Program-made: the position numbers and the translations under genes
Origin: Candidatus Heimdallarchaeum aukensis
Lineage (GTDB): Archaea > Asgardarchaeota > Heimdallarchaeia > Heimdallarchaeales > Heimdallarchaeaceae
Direction of reading: 5' to 3'
NCBI GenBank assembly: GCA_021513695.1
Contig: CP084166.1
Location: 480,001-544,000, forward strand
DNA: 64,000 nucleotides
Shown: in pieces, positions 35,862 to 46,378 of the stretch
How the letters are laid out: each line of letters begins with the position of its first letter
How positions within the stretch are numbered: position 1 is the first letter of the stretch
The notes under the pieces: generated by a model
The model's input: only the letters and a program-made list of their open reading frames with translations
Database searches by the model: none
Told to the model about the DNA's origin: nothing

Positions 35862-37361
35862 TTATATATTTCTCGTTTGCTCAAGTTTACTTCTTTGTTT
35901 CCACAAATTAAGTATTCTTCGCTGTTTTTCTGATATTGTTTCAGTTTTTACTCTTTTTATTGCTCCTATCTTTTCATAAAAAGCATATAGTGCTGCCACT
36001 TTTATTTCCTCATTTTCTTCTATTTTTTCTTTGATTGAAGCTTTTTCTATAAAGTCTGTTGAAACTATTCTTTCTTGGAATTCTTTTGTTTCAAGTATAG
36101 TTTTATGGAAATCTATGTTGGTTGTAATCCCACTAATTGTTAATTCTTTAAAAGCTAACCTTGCTCTTTCTATTGCGTCGTTTCTTGTTTTTCCCCATAC
36201 AATTAGTTTTCCTAAAAGAGAGTCATATTCATTTGACACATTGTAAGATGAAAAAACAAAAGTATCAAATCTTACATGATATATACTTGGAGCTATTAAT
36301 TGTTCAATTTTTCCTGATTTAGGTAAGAAGGTTTTTGGGTCTTCAGCATTTATTCTAAATTCAATTGCACTTCCATTTATTTTTATTTCATCTTGAACAT
36401 AACTTAATTTTAATCCTCCTGCTACTCTGATTTGTTCAACTACAAGATCTATTCCAGTAACCATTTCTGTTACAGGGTGTTCTACTTGAATCCTTGGATT
36501 AACTTCATTGAAATAAATTTGTCCATCTTTGTAAAGAAATTCAGCTGTTCCAGCATTAACATATCCTAGCTCTTTAGCCATCTTACAGACTTTTTCTCCA
36601 AGTTCATTTCTTTCTTGTTCTGTCAAAAATGAAGGCGCTTCTTCTATTAGTTTCTGATGAGAACGCTGAATGCTACATTCTCTATCTCCTAAGTGGATTA
36701 CATTACCATAACTATCTCCAATGAACTGTATCTCTATGTGTCTTGGAGATTCGATGTATTTCTCTATGAAAACAGACTTATTACCAAAAAAGTTCTCTGC
36801 TACAGATTGTGCTCCTAAAAGAGAGATTTCTAAAGTTTCGGGAGAGTTGACTATTTCCATTCCTTTTCCTCCCCCTCCAAAAGCAGCTTTAATAATTATA
36901 GGATAACCTATTTTTTCTGCTACTGTCTTTGCTTCTTCCAGTGTTTCTACATATCCTTTTGAACCTGGAACAACAGGTATTCCTACTTTACTTGCTATGC
37001 TTCTTGCTTTAACTTTGTCTCCTAGAAGGTCTATTACCTCTGGAGAAGGACCAATGAAAACAATCTTGCTTTTTATTACTTTTCTTGCAAATTCTGAGTT
37101 TTCAGAGAGAAAACCATAACCTGGATGTATAGCATCACATTTAGCTTTTTTGGCTATTTTTATTATTTTATCAATGTTAAGATAAGTTTCATTAACTGAA
37201 CCAGAACCAATACAATAAGCTTCATCTGCTAGTTTAACGTGTAATGACTGAGAATCGACTACGGTAAAGATAGCTACAGTTTTGATATTCATAAGTTTAC
37301 AAGCACGAATGATTCTAACAGCTATCTCTCCTCTATTTGCAATAAGTATCTTCTTAAGCAT
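35862..37361 (-). CDS. accC: Biotin carboxylase subunit of acyl-CoA carboxylase
   Basis: Motifs seen: MLKKILIANRGEIAVRIIRA, ATP-grasp GGGGKGM, EVNPRIQVEHPVTE. The start is placed at ATG 37361, because the called 27-aa extension is low-complexity. Confidence 0.9.
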   Translation of the reverse strand: MLKKILIANRGEIAVRIIRACKLMNIKTVAIFTVVDSQSLHVKLADEAYCIGSGSVNETYLNIDKIIKIAKKAKCDAIHPGYGFLSENSEFARKVIKSKIVFIGPSPEVIDLLGDKVKARSIASKVGIPVVPGSKGYVETLEEAKTVAEKIGYPIIIKAAFGGGGKGMEIVNSPETLEISLLGAQSVAENFFGNKSVFIEKYIESPRHIEIQFIGDSYGNVIHLGDRECSIQRSHQKLIEEAPSFLTEQERNELGEKVCKMAKELGYVNAGTAEFLYKDGQIYFNEVNPRIQVEHPVTEMVTGIDLVVEQIRVAGGLKLSYVQDEIKINGSAIEFRINAEDPKTFLPKSGKIEQLIAPSIYHVRFDTFVFSSYNVSNEYDSLLGKLIVWGKTRNDAIERARLAFKELTISGITTNIDFHKTILETKEFQERIVSTDFIEKASIKEKIEENEEIKVAALYAFYEKIGAIKRVKTETISEKQRRILNLWKQRSKLEQTRNI

Positions 37362-37625
37362 GAAAAGTGAATATGCTACACCTTTATTTAAATGAGTTGT
37401 TGTTTTATGAGTAAAAAATATTATAAAAAAATACAATTTCAATTTATTTGAAATTAATTCAACAGAGAAATTCTTACTTGTTACATAGGTTTCTAAATGA
37501 TCTTTAATCTTAATTATAATAACAATAGAAACAATCTAAAGAGAACACTTCCTAAATTAGTAAAGTCAGTAGACAAAAATATTAATAATTAGCAACTAAT
37601 TATCCAATTTAGTTATATTTCCCAA

Positions 37626-38590
37626 GTGTTTGACTTGAATAAAGAGGTTCTATACAATTTTTTTCATTCTCGAATCTTCAGTATCATTCAAGCTTTCTTT
37701 ATTACAATTCTGTGGTCATCTTCTTGGATACTAATAAAAGAAGGACTAGAAGATATTCCACCTATATTCTTTGCGGGAATTAGATATACTATTTCTTCAT
37801 TTATTTTAATCATTTTAGTATTTATTTTCTATAATAAAGAACAAACAAATGTAAAGATTTCCAAAAAATTATGAGGAAAACTAATTATTTATGGATTTAC
37901 TTTTTATACCATCACTCAAGGAGCTCAATTTATTGGAATATATTTTCTTCCAACTATTACAGTAAGCATGGTTTATAGTTTCACTCCTATAATTGTAGTT
38001 CTATTTTCTTACTTGATTTTAAAAGAGAAATCAAGTTTAATTCAGTTACTAATAGTTTTAGCTTCTATTGTTGGAGTAGTTCTCTACTTTAATCCCTTTT
38101 ACCAACAAGAAAGAACAGACTTTTTTACAATTGGTATTATTATAGTTATTTTTGGTGTAATAGCAAACGCCTTAGCAACAATAATTGGTCGAGACATTAA
38201 TAGTTCAAAGCAAATTCCTCCTCTTCTTGTGACATCAATTAGTAAGACTATAGGTTCGATTATTTTACTTATAGTAGCATTAATAATTGAGAATTTGCCC
38301 AAAATATCACTTAAATCTCTATTAATTATTCTTTGGTTAAGTATTGTAAACACAGCATTTGCTTTTACATTATGGAACAAAGTGATGCAAAAGCTAAAAG
38401 CAGTTGAGTTAATAATGATTAACAACTCTATGCTTGCTCAATTGCAATTTTAGCAGTAATATTTCTAGGAGAACGTCATCTAATTATAGAATGGATTGGA
38501 TTAACAATAGTTGGTTTATGCTCTATTTTTATCCAAATATTTAGAAATAATGGGACAAAAGAAGTAATTACAAATAAAAATGAAAATTAA
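37626..38590 (+). pseudogene. EamA/DMT-family transporter interrupted by an in-frame TGA (37872-37874) and a frameshift near 38438
   Basis: LIKEGLEDIPPIFFAGIRYTISS is a typical EamA repeat start. The sequence after the TGA continues in the same frame (GKLIIYGFTFYTITQGAQFIG). The C-terminal IAILAVIFLGERHLIIEWIGL lies in the +2 frame after ...NNSMLA. Confidence 0.7.
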
Positions 38591-38611
38591 AAAAGAAAAA
38601 CTAGAGCTTTT

Positions 38612-39997
38612 TTAATTCTGTGAAGAGATGTTTATACCCTTTGTTTTAATATAAGGAGTTTCTAGATAGCCATTAACTTTTTTGGTTGTTTTACTTAAAG
38701 ACACAATATTTTTCAGTACATCGAAAACATTACCTGCGATAGTCACATTAGTTAAGGGGGTTGTGATCTCACCATTTTTTATAAGTTGAGCACCTTTAGC
38801 TACTCCAGAGAATATACCATTCTCAGATCTTTGAGAGCCAGCAAAGTATTCAAAGACTATACCTTCTTTTATATCTTCTATCATTTCATCGTATTTTGTG
38901 TCTCCTGGTTTAATTACTGGTACATTTGGAAAGATATTATTTGGAGGATTCATAAAACTGCTATTTATAAATCCACGATAAGAATTTCCTGTTGATTGTG
39001 TGTTTGCTTTGTTTGCTGTCTTTATATCAAACAAATGTGTCATCAATACTCCATCTTTAATTATTTCTAGTTCTTTAACTGGTGTTCCTTCGTCATCAAA
39101 AGGTCTAGCGGTAGAGGATTTTCCATCTAATGAATTATCTATAAACGAGAAGCCATCTATCGCTACTTTTTCTCCTATACTATCTTTCCAAAGTGATTGA
39201 TTATGTTGTGTTCTTTCTGCTGATATAGCCATTGCAATAACAATGAATATTGGGCTAAGGACAGCATCAGGTTTGAAAACAACTATGTCTGAATCTATAC
39301 CTTTTAATTTTTCAACATTGACATTTCTAATGGCTCTTTCTACTAATTCTTTACCAAATTGGTAGAAATCAACTTCTTTTGGATCTTTCACACTAAATGA
39401 ATCCGATACAAAAGAACCTACTTTCTCTCCTTCTCTTGCAATTGCAAGAAATGATCCATCAAGGCTATTTCTGATATAGTTTCCTTCTACACCAAGAGAG
39501 TTTGCTATTCCCACATATTCTTCAGAAAGGATGATTCGACTAAGGTCTGTTTTAACGCTTATTGGTGCTTCTTCAAAGGGTAATAGTATCTGTTTAGCAC
39601 TGTCTATTAGTTCTTCAACCGTAAAAGTAGATAATTGTTTTGAAAAAAGTCCTTCGATTGTTGAATAGGAACTGGGAGGAGCAAGAGCTATTCCTTCTTT
39701 TTTAGGTTTGACTTTTAACATCACAATTGCTTGTTCAACTGTTTGCTCTATTGCTTTTTTATCTGCTTTATTAGTATAACTAAATCCTTCTACAGAATCT
39801 AGTAAAACTCTTATTCCAAAACCTAATTCTTGCACTTCTTTCTCATTAGCTATTTCTTTTCCAGAACAAGTAACTTCTAGTTTCTTGTTATCAGAGAAAA
39901 ATACTTCAGCGTCTTTAACTCCTTTCTTTTCAGCATACTCAATAGCATATTGAGCAAGATAATAAGCTTCATCTCTATTGATATTTGATTCACTCAT
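38612..39997 (-). CDS. pmbA: PmbA/TldE-family protein (partner of TldD metalloprotease)
   Basis: This is a 461-aa TldD/PmbA-fold paralogue without HExxxH. It lies directly downstream of tldD, with the stop and start abutting. Confidence 0.8.
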   Translation of the reverse strand: MSESNINRDEAYYLAQYAIEYAEKKGVKDAEVFFSDNKKLEVTCSGKEIANEKEVQELGFGIRVLLDSVEGFSYTNKADKKAIEQTVEQAIVMLKVKPKKEGIALAPPSSYSTIEGLFSKQLSTFTVEELIDSAKQILLPFEEAPISVKTDLSRIILSEEYVGIANSLGVEGNYIRNSLDGSFLAIAREGEKVGSFVSDSFSVKDPKEVDFYQFGKELVERAIRNVNVEKLKGIDSDIVVFKPDAVLSPIFIVIAMAISAERTQHNQSLWKDSIGEKVAIDGFSFIDNSLDGKSSTARPFDDEGTPVKELEIIKDGVLMTHLFDIKTANKANTQSTGNSYRGFINSSFMNPPNNIFPNVPVIKPGDTKYDEMIEDIKEGIVFEYFAGSQRSENGIFSGVAKGAQLIKNGEITTPLTNVTIAGNVFDVLKNIVSLSKTTKKVNGYLETPYIKTKGINISSQN

Positions 39998-41398
39998 TTA
40001 ATTTCCTCCTGCAAGCATTGCTTTAACTGCTATATGTGGACCTCCAGCATCCACTTTGGCCGGTTGAATCTTTCCACAAGAACCTGAACCTAAAGAAATA
40101 ACAAAATCTTTGCCTACGCCTATAATATTGGATAAAACTTCAAAAGCGTTTCCAGTTAAAACAGGTCCCTGGTAAATTTTCTCTGTTATCTCCCCTTTAG
40201 TAATTCTAAAAGCTTCTAATGCTCCAAACATGAATTCTCCACTTGAATCTGCCTGTCCATTTTGTAGAGATTTAAGGTAGTAACCGTCACCTATAGCTTC
40301 TAATAATTCTTCAAAACTCATATCTCCAGATTCGATGTAGGTGTTCCTCATTCTAACAATTGGTTCATCAGCAAATGTGTAAGCTCTTGCGTTTCCTGTA
40401 GGTTCAACACCTAACTTTGTTGCTAGTTCTCTATTAGTCATATACCCTGTCATAACTCCATTGGTAATGATTTTCACTTCTTTTCCTTTTACTCCTTCAT
40501 CATCGAAAGGTAACCATCCTACACCCATCCAGTTAGTGCTTTCTTTAAAAGGAGAATCTACTATAGTTATTCGTTCATCACAAACTTTTTTACCCAACTT
40601 ACCTTGAGTAAAAGAGCCAGCAAGAACTAAGTCAGCTTCAGCAGTGTGTCCTATAGCTTCATGTGCAAGAACACCTACCATCTGATGATCTAATAACAAA
40701 TTATGTGTCCCTGCAGGGGGTAATGTTGCATCTGTTAATTGTGTAGATTTTTCACATGACGATTTAACTAGTTCATCTAGTGGATGTAAATCAAAAAACT
40801 CTGCTCCACAAGTATGAGACCATGATTTATATCCTCCAGCTATTTTCCCTTCTTTTGAAGCAACAGCATAACTAATAACCGTTGGTTTCATGTCTTCCCA
40901 TTCTACTCTTGTTCCTTCGTTAGTGAAAATAATTCTTTTATCAATGACCTCATTATAGCTAATTTGAAGACTTTTGACCGCTGAATAATCATTTTTTAAT
41001 TTTGAAGCTTCTTGTATCATCTTTATTTTTTCTTCAAGTGAAATGTCTAACAAGCTAATTTTCCTCGGTGATACAGCTTTTTCATCGATTATTTCTACTT
41101 CAGCTAATTGTATTTTTTCACTTTTTGAACTTGCAGAGTTTTTAGCTAAAGAAACCGCGTTAGAAACAATTTTTTCTGCATTTTCTTTGCTCAACTTATT
41201 CGTACTAGCAAAAGCCCAACTTCCATCAACTAGAACCCTAATTCCTATTCCATTTCTAGATCCTATGTTAGTGTTAATTTCTCCATTCTTATATACTAAA
41301 TCTGCAGAATATTTGTCTTGAAACCGAGCTTCTACAAATTCTGCTCCTTTTTTTTCTGCATACTCTAGAATATAGTTTAATAGATCTCTTATTTCCAA
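39998..41398 (-). CDS. tldD: TldD metalloprotease
   Basis: An HExxxH motif is present (LAHEAIGHTAE). GIRVLVDGSWAFAS and the C-terminal GxC region (GSGSCGK) are also present. Length is 466 aa. Confidence 0.85.
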   Translation of the reverse strand: MEIRDLLNYILEYAEKKGAEFVEARFQDKYSADLVYKNGEINTNIGSRNGIGIRVLVDGSWAFASTNKLSKENAEKIVSNAVSLAKNSASSKSEKIQLAEVEIIDEKAVSPRKISLLDISLEEKIKMIQEASKLKNDYSAVKSLQISYNEVIDKRIIFTNEGTRVEWEDMKPTVISYAVASKEGKIAGGYKSWSHTCGAEFFDLHPLDELVKSSCEKSTQLTDATLPPAGTHNLLLDHQMVGVLAHEAIGHTAEADLVLAGSFTQGKLGKKVCDERITIVDSPFKESTNWMGVGWLPFDDEGVKGKEVKIITNGVMTGYMTNRELATKLGVEPTGNARAYTFADEPIVRMRNTYIESGDMSFEELLEAIGDGYYLKSLQNGQADSSGEFMFGALEAFRITKGEITEKIYQGPVLTGNAFEVLSNIIGVGKDFVISLGSGSCGKIQPAKVDAGGPHIAVKAMLAGGN

Positions 41399-41536
41399 TT
41401 AATCACCTTTATTAAATGAACTCTAAATTTAGTACTCTAAACTATTATTAAAACGTATACAAAAAATTAACAGTAGTAATATTTATATTATTTAAACCAA
41501 TAAAGTTCTACTTAGAACATCTTTTAGGGGTTCAAA

Positions 41537-44500
41537 ATGAAAAAGAAAGTATTTTTTATTATTAACATTCTAGTAATTATGTTATTGTTTTCTTCTTCAA
41601 CTTTTACTTTTGCTACAAAGCAAATAGACAAAAATACAGAGATCACTATTACAAGTATTGAAGAGTTTAACTTGAAGGAGAAACAAGTAATTGTAGGAGG
41701 TTACAGAGAGTTCTGCTATGGATGGGTAGGAACTGATGGTTGGGTAAATAGCTACGTCGGATTTGAAGGAATTGGATTAGTAGTGGGAAACTTGGATTTT
41801 TCAACCATTCCACAAATTTACATCGAGAATCTAGATTGGATTTCTCTCTCTACTCATTATTCTGAAGATCCATACGAGTGGAATACTAATCTTGATATTG
41901 ACTTTAGTGAATTAAGTTTTGAAGACGCTCAAAATGCAGCAGATTTAGTAAAAGAAATAATTCAACAATTCCTAATCGTAGAACTTGAGTTTGAAGGTTC
42001 GTACAGTTATGATGAGTGGAGAGGAGAATGGGTAGAAATAATATCATTTAGATATTCAGGACATGCGGACTGGTCAAACATCAAAGAATTGTATGAAGGA
42101 AGTATTCCTAGAGAAAAAGGAGGTATAGCTGAGACAATAGATATTGCAGAAGCTAAAGAATTGAGATTTGAAGGTTGGTATAATAGCTACGAACAAGCAG
42201 TGGTGGGAAGAATCGGTTTTTCATTCGGTTTCCAAAAAACAACTTTAGTCGGTGGACATTCAATAAGTTTGAAAGAGATTTTCCATATCGCAGATTTTGA
42301 AGCTTCATCAGAAGCGAGCAACCCACTAAACATATATGTAGAGTTGCCAGATGTTGAAAATTTAGATATAAGCCCTTGGTATAATGATACCCAACTAATG
42401 ATGTACTTGGAATATCACCCAAATATAGAAGAACCTTGGATCAAAGATTCAGCTTATTCAATCATAATAGATTTAAGTTCTGGAAAATATATAAGCGATT
42501 TTATTGTTTCATTTGACTACACATTTATTCCTTGGGACTTAAGAATACTTGAAGAAGCAGAATATTACATAGATCCAAGAGGATACGATAGCCGATATAT
42601 TGGTTACCAAGGTAGTCTTGCTTCTCTCTCAACAGATGCTTTTGACGAGTCAGTTCTTGAAAACATCTTCAACATTGATTTATGGTACTATGTAAATGCT
42701 TATTCTGTTGCAGAATATGCAAATATAGTTATCGATTTAAGATATACTGGGCCAGGTCCACACAACAATGACACTATAATTAGCTATTTTGAATCAATTC
42801 TTGGTTATACCTTTACTTTTGACGAAGTTACCACAGAATATGTATGGGACTATTATCAACAGCAAGATGTAGAAATAACTAGATATACCTCACATATACA
42901 AAACTTCCCTAAAGCAGATTTTGATAACTTAGTAGCTAATAGTATAGCCTATAAACATTCATCTATGATTAACAGCTCAAATATTCTTCCTGATATTACT
43001 AGATTTCATTGGAAAATAGACTACTTATCTATTTTTGATGATTATAGACACGAAATAGGCTTTTATGATTATAGTTTAGATGAATTTGAAGAATCACCAA
43101 CAAAAGCTTATACTGAAACCAGCGTCCCAAATACATATACCATAGATCTACTAAACAAATTCGGATGGACAACCTTTCCATACTCTTCTGAATCTTCGCA
43201 AATGAAAATAAGATTTGAGTCAACAATCACTGATTTAGATTCAGTGGTTTTTGACCCAGATAAAGGAAATGGATGGGGATATGATTCCTGGTTCTGGTTT
43301 TACTCGTGGAGTAATTATCAATATATCTATTATGATTTCAACTGGTTTACTGAAACTCCATATACAACAGACGATAATGGGAACAAAGTTGATCCTCTAA
43401 CAGGATTGACTATATCATTTGATAATCAATTTGAACCAGATACAATAGATATTGAACCTCCAAACATTAATGGACTACGTTATTATCCTTACCCAGACTT
43501 TTGGGACTGGGATATTTGGAGTTATTCCTATTCTGGATTAAACTTGTTTGGGGTAGATGTTGATGACAATGGATGGTTGTATTATTACGATACAAGTGTA
43601 GGGTATATGGTTCCGAGATTTCCAGGAAGTGGAGTAGATTCTGTAGAAGGAAAATTATTTTACACTGCATTACCTACAGAATTAAGCGGTGTAACTCAAA
43701 ACGTCTCCTTTATTTGGAATACCACTGCTAATCTTTACACAACTTATGTTGATTTCTCAAGTGGAGATTTTGCAGACGGTGAATGGGGTTTTGAAGTGTA
43801 TGCTAATGATTCTTATGGAAACGAGGCATGGATGTATGAGACTATAACTGTTGATAACTATGACGATGCAGAGTATGTAAATCCTGCTTCAGTAGTCTGG
43901 ACATCTACAACTCCAGAAGATGGAGCTACAGTTACTGGTGAGATAACTATAGAAGCAGAAATAACAGATGATGTAGGTGTATTCTTGGCAGTAATTTGGG
44001 CAAACTTTGGAGGATGGTTGTTTGAAGATCCAGACGAAGACGGAATTTATTCTAAAACAATCGATACAACTTACTACGTTGATGGGCCTTTAGAAATAAT
44101 TATAGAAGTATGGGACATGGAAGGACATCATACAGTTGTTTCAAGGACTTTTACAATAGACAATGTTCCTTCTGGAAACCCACCAACAATAACGTTCATT
44201 TATCCAACTGATGGAGAAACAGTAACAGGAACAATTTTGATTCAAGCAGAAGTAATCGATGATATTGGATTAAGATCTGTTACTTTCAGTGTAGATGACA
44301 GAACACCAATGGCTATGAGTTATAACGATGAAACAGGATACTACGAAGTAAGTTATAACACAAATCAGTTAACTAATGGAATGCATACATTCTACATTAC
44401 AGCAGTAGATCAAGACGAAAACGTACATACTGTTACAGCATCGATAGAAATAGAAGTAACAGGAAGCACAGGGACAGGAGAAGGCAATCCTCCAGAATAT

Positions 44501-44947
44501 AAGCTGATAAATGTACCAGTTAATCAAACAGAAGAGGAATTAGCAACACAAATAACTGCTGCAGTAGATGAATCAAAAGCAGTTGTTGATGTGTTTGTAT
44601 GGGAAATTGAAGCAAAAGACGATTATGGTCTTAATCAAATCTCTATTTCTATAGATGACAATCTGTCTGCAATGGAAGGAGCTGATGCAGGACCAGACAC
44701 ATGGAGTACATGGACCTACGAATGGGATAGCACAGAAGTAAAAGACGGAGCTCATTATGCGGTAATAACAATTTCTGATATTGATACAAATCAACATACA
44801 GTAAAAATTGTTATTGGTTTTACAACAAATAACGGAAATGTCGGAGAAAAGAAAACATTCGGAATTGATGGTTTCACCTACTTCTGGACTATTTTAGCAA
44901 TAATACCAATTTCAGTCATTAAAATTTTAAGAAGAAGAAAGCAATAA
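41537..44947 (+). CDS. Large surface protein: signal peptide, long Asp/Tyr/Trp-rich ectodomain, three Ig-like repeats, C-terminal TM anchor
   Basis: The N-terminus is KKVFFIINILVIMLLFSSSTFTFA. Repeated motifs are VTGEITIEAEITDDVGV, VTGTILIQAEVIDDIGL and VFVWEIEAKDDYGL. The C-terminus is FTYFWTILAIIPISVIKILRRRKQ. Confidence 0.6.
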   Translation: MKKKVFFIINILVIMLLFSSSTFTFATKQIDKNTEITITSIEEFNLKEKQVIVGGYREFCYGWVGTDGWVNSYVGFEGIGLVVGNLDFSTIPQIYIENLDWISLSTHYSEDPYEWNTNLDIDFSELSFEDAQNAADLVKEIIQQFLIVELEFEGSYSYDEWRGEWVEIISFRYSGHADWSNIKELYEGSIPREKGGIAETIDIAEAKELRFEGWYNSYEQAVVGRIGFSFGFQKTTLVGGHSISLKEIFHIADFEASSEASNPLNIYVELPDVENLDISPWYNDTQLMMYLEYHPNIEEPWIKDSAYSIIIDLSSGKYISDFIVSFDYTFIPWDLRILEEAEYYIDPRGYDSRYIGYQGSLASLSTDAFDESVLENIFNIDLWYYVNAYSVAEYANIVIDLRYTGPGPHNNDTIISYFESILGYTFTFDEVTTEYVWDYYQQQDVEITRYTSHIQNFPKADFDNLVANSIAYKHSSMINSSNILPDITRFHWKIDYLSIFDDYRHEIGFYDYSLDEFEESPTKAYTETSVPNTYTIDLLNKFGWTTFPYSSESSQMKIRFESTITDLDSVVFDPDKGNGWGYDSWFWFYSWSNYQYIYYDFNWFTETPYTTDDNGNKVDPLTGLTISFDNQFEPDTIDIEPPNINGLRYYPYPDFWDWDIWSYSYSGLNLFGVDVDDNGWLYYYDTSVGYMVPRFPGSGVDSVEGKLFYTALPTELSGVTQNVSFIWNTTANLYTTYVDFSSGDFADGEWGFEVYANDSYGNEAWMYETITVDNYDDAEYVNPASVVWTSTTPEDGATVTGEITIEAEITDDVGVFLAVIWANFGGWLFEDPDEDGIYSKTIDTTYYVDGPLEIIIEVWDMEGHHTVVSRTFTIDNVPSGNPPTITFIYPTDGETVTGTILIQAEVIDDIGLRSVTFSVDDRTPMAMSYNDETGYYEVSYNTNQLTNGMHTFYITAVDQDENVHTVTASIEIEVTGSTGTGEGNPPEYKLINVPVNQTEEELATQITAAVDESKAVVDVFVWEIEAKDDYGLNQISISIDDNLSAMEGADAGPDTWSTWTYEWDSTEVKDGAHYAVITISDIDTNQHTVKIVIGFTTNNGNVGEKKTFGIDGFTYFWTILAIIPISVIKILRRRKQ

Positions 44948-44994
44948 TTTTTTCTTTTTTTTTCTTCTTTTTTCTCTTTTTTAAAAGATCTAAC

Positions 44995-46233
44995 CTACAA
45001 AAAATCTTCTAATTTCTTTTGTTTCTTTTTCAATTCATAAATTTTGGATTTGTTCTTATAATAATCGATTGAGTATGCTAGGAATTTTGGAATATAAGAA
45101 AATGCAGAATCTAGGGTGTCTGTGCTAACTATCTGATTTTGCATTGCTTGTCTTGCTCCTTGCCTTACAACCCAGACACCCAAAGGTAATTTATAATTCT
45201 GGTCAATTTCTCTAAAGGTTATCACTTGTGCTTGTCTTCTTATTTTTCGGAGATACTCCGTAACTGCTAATCTTGTAGCATAATATCCTCCAGATACATT
45301 TTTTGCATAAGTTTTTCGACCATTGTATAGTTCATAATCTGAAATACCAATATCCTTTGCACTTGGATTTAAGTAAGCACCCTTATACCAAACTTCAATT
45401 GCTTCAAAACCCCAAAAATCAGGTATTAATATGATATAAAAACGATTTCCAAAAAAGTAACTTGTAAAAACTTGAAATTCGTTGATTGTTGGAAACTTTT
45501 TGATTTCTTCAATATGTGATTTACTCAAAGTGTCATCAACAGCAGTGATACTCCAACGAGTAGGAACAAGTTTCCTATTTTTGCCCAAACCCAACATTCC
45601 TGCAGACATCACTCTAATTAAATTAGAAACAGAAATATTTTCTTTTCCTAAAATTGTAATCGCTTCTGAAGCTTTTAAATCTGTATCGTAATAAGCTTTC
45701 TCTATAGGTTTTAATGGGGTTTGATTCTCTGTAACATCTAGTTTTCTAATAGGAGCTACAGGTCCATGAGGAGCTAAACGAGGATCAATAGTTAGTCGAG
45801 GAATAATACTCCGTTCAAGTTCAACTTCAACATTGATGGGTTTTATACCTAATAACATTTCATGACTTTTCTGAATAATTCTAGATTCAAGAGGTTTCTT
45901 TGCATCAATTTGTGCCTTAGTCCTAATCATAGATAACCTCATCATAATAATTTCTTCTTGTGTTTTATTATTCCACAAATCACTATCATCAACCACAATA
46001 GACGGTTCTTTCGACGGAGTTAAAACTGGACCAGCATTGATTTCAGGATAGTTAAACCTTCCAACAAAAAAAGCAGGAGGAGCATATGCATCTTCAATTC
46101 TATCGATCTTCTTTACTTGAATACTCATCTCATCCATCCATTTTTTCAATAATGGACAAGGAGAAATACCACACAGATTCCTTGAAGTTTTGCATATTAC
46201 ACATAGCTCAAAATCGATATCCTGCTTTTTCAT
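44995..46233 (-). CDS. Nre-family (archaeal DNA-repair associated) protein with a C-terminal PIP box
   Basis: The N-terminal Cys cluster is CVICKTSRNLCGISPCP. Length is about 410 aa. The extreme C-terminus QKKLEDFL matches the PCNA-interacting motif Q-x-x-[LIM]-x-x-[FY]-[FYL]. Confidence 0.5.
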   Translation of the reverse strand: MKKQDIDFELCVICKTSRNLCGISPCPLLKKWMDEMSIQVKKIDRIEDAYAPPAFFVGRFNYPEINAGPVLTPSKEPSIVVDDSDLWNNKTQEEIIMMRLSMIRTKAQIDAKKPLESRIIQKSHEMLLGIKPINVEVELERSIIPRLTIDPRLAPHGPVAPIRKLDVTENQTPLKPIEKAYYDTDLKASEAITILGKENISVSNLIRVMSAGMLGLGKNRKLVPTRWSITAVDDTLSKSHIEEIKKFPTINEFQVFTSYFFGNRFYIILIPDFWGFEAIEVWYKGAYLNPSAKDIGISDYELYNGRKTYAKNVSGGYYATRLAVTEYLRKIRRQAQVITFREIDQNYKLPLGVWVVRQGARQAMQNQIVSTDTLDSAFSYIPKFLAYSIDYYKNKSKIYELKKKQKKLEDFL

Positions 46234-46378
46234 TATATTTATATCTTTTTTTCAATTTTTAAATATTAATAACATTAATTTAATCTTTTTTTTATATAAT
46301 AAACAAATTATCGAAACATATATGTTAGAATTTTTCATAAAATTAATAAATATGAAAAATAATAACATTTCGATAACA

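Noticed and set aside
37362-37442. A 27-aa N-terminal extension of biotin carboxylase.
   Set aside because: The family N-terminus is the conserved MLKKILIANRGEIA, and the upstream residues (MKLYFFIIFFTHKTT) look non-coding.
37872-37874. In-frame TGA in the EamA gene as selenocysteine or Trp recoding.
   Set aside because: A transporter helix boundary is an implausible Sec site, and I saw no obvious structured element. A second independent frameshift downstream points to decay or error. Other genes in the window use TGA as a stop.
46190-46378. An N-terminal 63-aa extension of the small secreted protein.
   Set aside because: It overlaps the Nre start region on the opposite strand and is AT-rich low-complexity sequence (FFIIFISFFQFLNINN). 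A signal-peptide-like start occurs at the internal Met (46379).
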